A stretch of 35,330 nt of DNA from Candidatus Magasanikiibacteriota bacterium (lineage in GTDB: Bacteria > Patescibacteriota > Patescibacteriia > Magasanikbacterales > 2-02-FULL-50-9b). This document shows, one piece after another, positions 31,001 to 35,330 of the stretch. The notes under the pieces were generated by a model, which was not told the origin of the DNA, searched no databases, and saw only the letters and a list, made by a program, of their open reading frames with translations. Where the stretch lies: contig JAPLWO010000061.1 in assembly GCA_026396555.1 (NCBI GenBank), positions 1-35,330 on the forward strand, read 5' to 3'. How positions within the stretch are numbered: the stretch's first letter is position 1; every line of letters begins with the position of its first letter. The translations under genes and the position numbers were made by a program.

Positions 31001-33153
31001 CTTGCACACTCATCATTCCACGCAACAACACCACCACTCGTATCTCGCGTCGCAAATGTTGCGATTCCCGGAACAGATGCATCAGAAGAACCAGTTGGCT
31101 GGTACACTTCACAACCCACTTCATCAACGGTACACGCTTTTGCATAATTACCGCACTCAGTTGGGTCGGTTGATAGGCCCTTACAACCAAGACCTGCCGG
31201 CGGCAATCTCAAATAATTCTGAACGCCTGTGTCAGAATTTTGTACTTCCGTACAACCTGCATATTGCGCTTCACACGATATCGCTTTGTCAGTTAAGTAA
31301 ACTTTAGATTGAGTTGTATCAAACGCACCTTGTTGATTGTAATCAGAATAAAATCCAAGACAGCCTGAATTTTTTGCACTGCACGAACTTGGATCAAGCG
31401 TGGATTCAATCAAACTTACATCTCCATATTGTCCATTTGCAAAAGTGCGACAGCCCGCAAATTGCGCTGGACATTGATCAATGTTAAATCGAAACGTGTT
31501 TCGCTCCCGCAAACAATAGCCATATTGACCCGTACACTGACCAGACTCATCTTCCTGCAGACAAGATGCTTCATCCGCACAAATTTGCTGACGATTTACA
31601 CTAATACTTGATTCTGGTTGCGGCCCATATACTTGCGCACGACAAATTTCTGCTGGAATTTTTAAAATCCAATTTGGATCAATCAAATGACAATAAGGAT
31701 GATCTGCATCTAGACCTCCCTGATCATTACATTTATAAAAACCGGCAACTACGTCTTTTAAGAGCACGTGATTCGCTGTCCCCGCAGTTGCTGCAGCAAT
31801 TTCCCATCCCACTGAAATAATGCGCGCTTTGCGAAGCTTTGTTAAATTGCTATAGCAATAGGCAGATTTATAACAAAACGAATCTTCATTGTGTGCGGTA
31901 TCAGTCGGTGGAATCATTTGCCAATCACCATGCAACTTTCCTTGATCAAGCGCTTCTTGTACGGAAATTGGTTTACCCGCATCTGCAACACGAACTGCAG
32001 CCGCAAAATCTCCATCCAACACGCAATTTTCTGGCGATGTAAATTTATCAGGACATGACGTAAAATTACTCAATAAATCCAAATCACCCTCAGAAATATT
32101 AATCACCTTGGTATCCGCATAAATCGCGCCGCCCGCCCCACTTGCAGTTGTTTTTCCACCATTTCCAGAACCGAAAATATTCGCTAAATTAAACTCTTTA
32201 CTTTCAGGGAGCGTCCCTTTTCCTTGCTTTAGGCGATCAATTAATTTTTTCGATAAACTATTCAACAAAGTTGTTGCAAAAATTGCAGGAATTGATTCTG
32301 CGCCAGACGCAAGAATACCTGATAACGTCTGACTTTCTTGTTGTTGCTGAAAACTCGCCGTATTCACTTTTGAATCCGCCTCAACACTTGAAGCTGGCTC
32401 AACAACCACCTTTGAAATAGGGGTCGTCATATCCATGTGCGATTTTGTTGCCAAACGTTCATTTTGTGCACGTTGCTGTTCCGCAATAATTGAAGTCATT
32501 GCGTTCATTTGCGATTTAATAACACCATCAAACTCTGTACTTCCTGATGTAAGTGCTGTTGTAAATTTTCCTAAGAGCTGCTCTGATGATAATTCATTTG
32601 TTAAGCTTTTATAACTAATCGCGATTGATCCGGCATCACAGGAGCTCCCCAATGTTTCCGTCGCAGCGCCCGTAACGGGTGCGTTAAACGGTGCTTTGTG
32701 TGCTGATTTATTCAACGCATCATAAATACCAACCACAACACCGAGACCCGCGAGCGGGTTTGGTACACACAACAAATTAGCATTCGCCAAATCTTTTGAC
32801 ATCTGATCCAGCGTAGAACTTAATGCTGCCTTTCCCTGATCAACAATATAATCACCTGGTGATTTCATGTATGCGAGCGGATTTTTTCCCTGACCACCGC
32901 TTGCAACCCAGGTCGCAATCGATTCTGCTGCTTGACGCGCAACTGTCTGACTTACATTAATCGCACCCGCAACAACAACATTTTTAAATAAAACTTTTAA
33001 TGTGCTTGAAATATATCCGGCAACCGTCTGTGCGAGTAACGCAGGATCAGTCGTCACAAGCTGCGCGCTTGCAACATTTGGCATCAACATCGAAAAAATC
33101 AACATTCCTGCGATGATCTGTCGATGAAATTTTGAAACGAGATTTCGCATCAT
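25057..33153 (-). CDS. Giant (2698 aa) secreted Cys-rich surface protein with a CBM4_9-like jelly-roll module
   Basis: Uninterrupted 8.1-kb ORF. Signal peptide MMRNLVSKFHRQIIAGMLIFSMLMPNVASA. Reiterated C-x6-C units. CBM-like segment NESFVGIDGW...NIFIDNIVVKE (about nt 29940-30340). Confidence 0.9.
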   Translation of the reverse strand: MMRNLVSKFHRQIIAGMLIFSMLMPNVASAQLVTTDPALLAQTVAGYISSTLKVLFKNVVVAGAINVSQTVARQAAESIATWVASGGQGKNPLAYMKSPGDYIVDQGKAALSSTLDQMSKDLANANLLCVPNPLAGLGVVVGIYDALNKSAHKAPFNAPVTGAATETLGSSCDAGSIAISYKSLTNELSSEQLLGKFTTALTSGSTEFDGVIKSQMNAMTSIIAEQQRAQNERLATKSHMDMTTPISKVVVEPASSVEADSKVNTASFQQQQESQTLSGILASGAESIPAIFATTLLNSLSKKLIDRLKQGKGTLPESKEFNLANIFGSGNGGKTTASGAGGAIYADTKVINISEGDLDLLSNFTSCPDKFTSPENCVLDGDFAAAVRVADAGKPISVQEALDQGKLHGDWQMIPPTDTAHNEDSFCYKSAYCYSNLTKLRKARIISVGWEIAAATAGTANHVLLKDVVAGFYKCNDQGGLDADHPYCHLIDPNWILKIPAEICRAQVYGPQPESSISVNRQQICADEASCLQEDESGQCTGQYGYCLRERNTFRFNIDQCPAQFAGCRTFANGQYGDVSLIESTLDPSSCSAKNSGCLGFYSDYNQQGAFDTTQSKVYLTDKAISCEAQYAGCTEVQNSDTGVQNYLRLPPAGLGCKGLSTDPTECGNYAKACTVDEVGCEVYQPTGSSDASVPGIATFATRDTSGGVVAWNDECASECVGYASYYQAPTQTEPLQSSSAAFIPASSQQCSQDVVGCDTYTNIDSTEKGGGDTKYFANIQKCITNDGNNHGLFYSWEGSDKTGYQLHQHDLQVDADTTPHYDYVDSTELASFNAACSKTIYEGRILNGQPNPAFNSDCRELFDKNGIASYRLLSKTIIASASCTQFRKLASDQNNCVASHGTFDATTGACEYGILPSGSQSCKKADSGCRAFNGAAALSPKIVMNESFVGIDGWLGGTISNEGITVGDTVLKIVDANAHHSVSVLKGKTYDIVFWAKGTGGVNVSFFSSSQTPNTVQLNADAVTVSPEWRRFEVSTAVNPWSDGAANLIFQPVGNAPNIFIDNIVVKEQADVVYVVKNSWKTPLTCDPTPNDSIPGPALNCHQYTPQSTSGATEVYLTGFTGLCRAEVAGCKQFVNTQNTAQVTPLTVSFGAVSKIVPADKFVYVVANSAASCPADKKGCSALGIVTKGALETTFRINNPDNYSATSCKQEEEWCQTFTTSDQQQRFFKYPAADKQCEYRDGVDKSGVTYSGWFKSGTDQPCYASFVSGGNYYGIYKNQDAAYTGVVGLCTPTYDQCTEFIDHADKLEGVKGGRSYYFLKNSRLDTTSCGGQVGLKAGCVALDDTSKSARDKATMLSYCKSDPTIDPDCPAMLSYAQVAAADIRTDGGLVTPVADTTALPATDYYGVCKEANSIGLFTATDCDTQLTKYNAACQNSGSGWCGPIAGNCLSNSVQTQLATNFNNLKKICSGFADANTIVKVQPDRTCDQWLACQSSISEFDPATQKYKQVCTDLGVCDKSSTDANTIGQCANWVTKSHTVPTTEDITNAMPLSTNNYVDRNIGWYGNEYSGYSLWNKFQPDAIGWFSPDGTQGKLVVGAGFVATKYKWYSQTSFAGCTQLSHDGKFCIADVFNSKEAGDMIVSSFGSGIGSGGICQKSKCWYPLDGFRTDIAANALTSTGFVESSCRGYPEQDSPFPQEVGIRSGKLSFGAPESTVPGFERVNICAPYRSVVLKYTGGSTSGKNTWTSFSDFLKIQGFSDLDPASVPNGSCECSYTKVVYGQGNTTHYYDTANSPIKPGVCDGGWYVAGDKEGQVAKPNLAVSKKGLSCSSNFDCIDERVLKIKDITAGATTDATAVGSDASYHYSPEDGTCQFKTKETKVMGWEGYCLEQDFRTHLNGNNNERACQTWLPIDVGSTDLYNQYSSAGFSVGPLGQGRMYCLATSGKGKADAAGKLSFSYALPELKYSVLADAPVNYSTELGAAQLPVDTHSSDIDSIEIEATAENSFFPQGYKMIIKDDGVIRSYVNGGWVDETKKTEPLAGSVTGDCLVREPKDAGSNQYFDFLDPSALSGIQSDVLKTLSKAVRVGNNYFGGNGDVDVKKYFSCSRGEQNTAQAASLNGIDEPAAQAVTGVIKHTEIVDNDEIETLLSNFDMGGNPQAPPYANQVWFLRIVNHNYQNSPFQSALFYNGMLIHDFVGLNGTDFIQKSMGPSGGDCTDLGAGSAGMAFRGNERVYELNLIIKSGLVSAPELVAGSCDGTAIFGGTNPIKAGWKFKINLTDRCTEAVQTDLNGQNAAQTNNLWQAPNKNTNHEMGLALNENGIILPAQGSDAFIPFASQYFGSVITAQQTPFDLVYVGKERVDIPSVGARAYSCEYGPGLCLGAENGNAAAKISFTTGVSALHQLFARFYAYSGSAENTPGLTMDTTATGISAPPTVYALDADSCTGVQSGTCRVARKNDMTINGKNGDTAVVAGQGSVGATLKFYGSADRNHLPIQRVTIDWGDAGGAAVSKQGLFRNHKPICSTPTEPATACTFAGVVDYNTTCATDKDCVNSAGVVTGSCAPTPNAKKWSFGSWGGDGINDAGACEQGYFQFAHAYRYTSDCGGKSLASSTGVAVEATGPLISQFHLQNIVNIGEKFCAFKPKVQLMDNWGICNGVDANGNAVGYWADSSADSTKCDLTKNGNAASPFQGYIIVKE

Positions 33154-33158
33154 ACTGA

Positions 33159-33857
33159 TTATTGTGCGGGTTGAGCAGCAGCCTGATCTGTCTGAGCTTG
33201 TTTCAATAACGCAATCAACTCGTCATCCGTCATCGCGGTCACCTGTTCTTTCGACATGCCATTTGCAATTAACGCATCTCGAATTTGTTGCGGCGTAATT
33301 GAGTTTGCTGCGTTAAATACAGCTTGCGCGTTTGCGTCCACACCTGCGGCTGGCGCCGTTGACGTTGTATTCGCGATATTTTGCAATGTTTGAACTCCTT
33401 GAACTTGTGTGATCGTCTGCTCTCCTTGTTTTGATCCGCCGGGAGCTGACGATGACGCCGCTTGCGCGGTCAATGTATCAAAAAAACAATCTTTTCCTTC
33501 TGGACATGTCGGACTCGTGCCACGACGAACTTCTTCGCCATCTGGAATTCCGTCTGAATCTGTATCGCGCATGTATGGACTGCTGTGATAGACGTACAGT
33601 TCGTCATAGTCAGATAAACCGTCGCCGTCTATGTCCTTTTTTTTCAACGCATCCATTTCATTTTGCGCCTGCTGTTCTGGACTAAGCGCCGCATCCGCTG
33701 CGAGCTTTGCTTTTACACCGTAAGAAAAAATATTTGATCTGAACTGAACACCACTCACAACAATAAGTAGCAGCGTCACTAAAACAAGTAAGCCCAGCCC
33801 GATGCGCTGACCTTTATCGAGCGTTGTTGGTTGTTCAAATTCCTGATTTTCCATCAC
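33159..33857 (-). CDS. N-terminally anchored protein with thrombospondin type-3-like calcium-binding repeats
   Basis: TM helix IGLGLLVLVTLLLIVVSGV. DIDGDGLSDYDELYVY and DTDSDGIPDGEE (DxDxDGxxDxxE) at about nt 33530-33645. Its stop lies 5 nt before the giant-gene start. Confidence 0.75.
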   Translation of the reverse strand: MMENQEFEQPTTLDKGQRIGLGLLVLVTLLLIVVSGVQFRSNIFSYGVKAKLAADAALSPEQQAQNEMDALKKKDIDGDGLSDYDELYVYHSSPYMRDTDSDGIPDGEEVRRGTSPTCPEGKDCFFDTLTAQAASSSAPGGSKQGEQTITQVQGVQTLQNIANTTSTAPAAGVDANAQAVFNAANSITPQQIRDALIANGMSKEQVTAMTDDELIALLKQAQTDQAAAQPAQ

Positions 33858-33905
33858 GTTCTTGAGGGTAAGAAGTCGTGATGTAGTATACAGGGTCGCG
33901 CGGTA

Positions 33906-34712
33906 TTACGACAAGCGTTTTAGCAACGTTATCCACTCCTCAATCGACAAAGTTTCGGCGCGACGCGTCGGGTCGACCGGCGATTCATCTTTTTTTAATC
34001 CAAGATTGTTTGCAAGCTGTTTTCGCGGACTTGAAAATCCGCGTTTGATGAGTGAAAAAAGTTTTTTCTGATCAACGTCAGCGAGTTGTGGCGCGGGCCG
34101 CGGCGTTAACCGAATAATCGCTGAATCAACAGCTGGTGCGGGCTCAAAATTCTTGCGCGTGACTGTTGTGATGTAATCAACATCGGCCGACCATTGCGTA
34201 AACAGCGCGAGCTGGCTCATGTCAGGCGGCACCGCGGCGATTCGCTCCGCAACTTCTTTTTGAATGAGCAAACAAATCACGGTTGGCGGATATTTTGATT
34301 CAATAAACTTGCGGATAATGTCGCTCGTGATGTGATACGGAATATTCGCGATAATTTTGTACGGCCCGAGCTCTGCCAAAAATTCTTCGCGTGCGATTTC
34401 AAGAATATCACCCTGAATAATCGTAAACGGAAATTTTTCTGGAATTGATTTTTTGAGATTGAGTGCAAGTTTTGGATCAAATTCAACTGCAGTCACACGC
34501 GCACCACGATCAAGGAGTGATTCAGTGAGCGCGCCGAGTCCAGGACCAATTTCAAGCACATAGTCCCCGGGCTTTACATCTCCAGCTTCGATAATTCTCG
34601 TCAGCGGCTCTGGATTAATTAAAAAATTCTGACCATTACCGCGCGATGGTTTCAGCCCGAGTTTTTTCACGCGCGCGATGACCCAATCCTTGTTGTAAAT
34701 TTGTGTATTCAT
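33906..34712 (-). CDS. rsmA: 16S rRNA (adenine1518/1519-N6)-dimethyltransferase RsmA/KsgA
   Basis: GQNFL motif (NGQNFLINP) and SAM-binding LEIGPGLGALT. Start set at the ATG at 34712, forming an ATGA overlap with the tsaC stop. The tracked ORF starts at 34745. Confidence 0.9.
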   Translation of the reverse strand: MNTQIYNKDWVIARVKKLGLKPSRGNGQNFLINPEPLTRIIEAGDVKPGDYVLEIGPGLGALTESLLDRGARVTAVEFDPKLALNLKKSIPEKFPFTIIQGDILEIAREEFLAELGPYKIIANIPYHITSDIIRKFIESKYPPTVICLLIQKEVAERIAAVPPDMSQLALFTQWSADVDYITTVTRKNFEPAPAVDSAIIRLTPRPAPQLADVDQKKLFSLIKRGFSSPRKQLANNLGLKKDESPVDPTRRAETLSIEEWITLLKRLS

Positions 34713-35287
34713 ATTTTTATTGAGCCTGCGCGAATTATGTTCCACGTTTTGCCGGTGAACTCTGCGATTGTCGACGGCTTTCGTTTCGGAAGCGTGCCTT
34801 CATCAATTATGAGATCTGGCTGTATTTTATTATTTTTAAATGCGCGCCGTACTGCTGCTGCTGAATAACACGCCGACTTCCCCGCTTTATTTGCTGAAGT
34901 TGCGACGATTGGTGCTTGCAGTTGCTGACTGATTTCGCGCGCGAGTTGATTATCTGGAACTCGAATTGCAATTGTACCATTTTTAGAAATAATCTGTGGC
35001 GCTAAATTTTTTCGCGCATATGCGTTTGCCGGAAGCACGAGCGTGAGCGGTCCCGGCCACAGCTCACGCATAACTTCCGCGACTTCTGGAATTCGAAGCG
35101 TTCGCGCGTCAACAAATTTTTTAACCATGTTAAAATCTGCCGCGATCAACGTCATTTTTTTCGAGGCGACACGGCCTTTGATTTTAAAAATTTTTGCGAC
35201 CGCAATTTTGTCGCGCGCGTCACATCCAATTCCGTATGATGTTTCGGTTGGATAGACGAAGACAGCGCCTTTTATTACACGATTCAT
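34709..35287 (-). CDS. tsaC: L-threonylcarbamoyladenylate synthase (TsaC/YrdC/Sua5 family)
   Basis: YrdC-domain motifs VFVYPTETSYGIGCDA, GPLTLVLP and ATSANKAGK. Length is about 190 aa. Confidence 0.9.
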   Translation of the reverse strand: MNRVIKGAVFVYPTETSYGIGCDARDKIAVAKIFKIKGRVASKKMTLIAADFNMVKKFVDARTLRIPEVAEVMRELWPGPLTLVLPANAYARKNLAPQIISKNGTIAIRVPDNQLAREISQQLQAPIVATSANKAGKSACYSAAAVRRAFKNNKIQPDLIIDEGTLPKRKPSTIAEFTGKTWNIIRAGSIKI

Positions 35288-35330
35288 ACTGTTTTTTCTT
35301 TAGCCGGTAAAAAAATCGCGACTCCGGCAG

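Noticed and set aside
19163-31190. Other long internal or antisense ORFs: 219 aa at 19163-19822, 171 aa at 24362-24877, 170 aa at 30678-31190, and the many 60-115-aa ORFs inside the giant and VirB6-like genes
   Set aside because: All are embedded in much longer, coherent ORFs on the opposite strand or in another frame. None has motifs or independent signals.
1-35330. CRISPR arrays, IS elements or transposases, prophage genes and rRNA
   Set aside because: I saw no regularly spaced direct repeats, no DDE, tyrosine or serine recombinase-like ORFs, and no phage structural genes or rRNA-like stretches on either strand.
1-35330. Alternative genetic code (UGA recoded, as in Gracilibacteria/Absconditabacteria)
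   Set aside because: Conserved genes end cleanly at TGA at the expected lengths (comFC at 13801-13803; tsaC at 34709-34711, in an ATGA overlap). Conserved proteins show no in-frame TGA interruptions.

Overview
The window looks like a chromosomal fragment from a small-genome, Gram-positive-type bacterium, probably Patescibacteria/CPR-like. That placement is inferred from gene content only. It uses the standard genetic code, and sample lines hand-count at about 40-43% GC.

Contents in order:
1. A + strand transcription unit (3-6258). It holds a window-truncated ORF, a DsbA-like oxidoreductase, two tandem paralogous Cys-rich exoproteins and radA. Each paralog carries a VirB2/TrbC-like two-helix pilin hairpin fused to a different cell-wall hydrolase, SLT in one and C39-like in the other.
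2. An orphan MazF/PemK-like toxin. Its 3' end is faced by a consensus promoter plus terminator unit.
3. A GC-rich three-gene block of about 2.5 kb: a DapD-like acyltransferase, an EamA transporter and a secreted hypothetical protein.
4. recG, a small membrane ORF, tRNA-Arg(GCG), tRNA-Ser(GCU), and a 148-nt Y-shaped structured element abutting tRNA-Arg.
5. A tightly packed seven-gene minus-strand operon encoding a minimal T4SS-like apparatus and ending in comFC. Gene order is VirB6-like, a 609-aa orphan, PrgI/VirB3-like, VirB4-N-like, VirB4 ATPase and a membrane protein.
6. An APH-type kinase and a very GC-rich Cys-rich lipoprotein.
7. tsaC-rsmA, followed by a TSP3-repeat membrane protein and a 2698-aa Cys-rich giant secreted protein.

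No CRISPR array, rRNA, transposase, integrase or phage genes were seen.

The best candidate for a poorly described system is a distributed cell-surface machine: pilin-hydrolase fusions, a relaxase-less T4SS-like operon co-transcribed with comFC, and the giant Cys-rich protein. Recombination genes radA and recG are interleaved with it. All family calls rest on motifs read by eye, and no searches were run.
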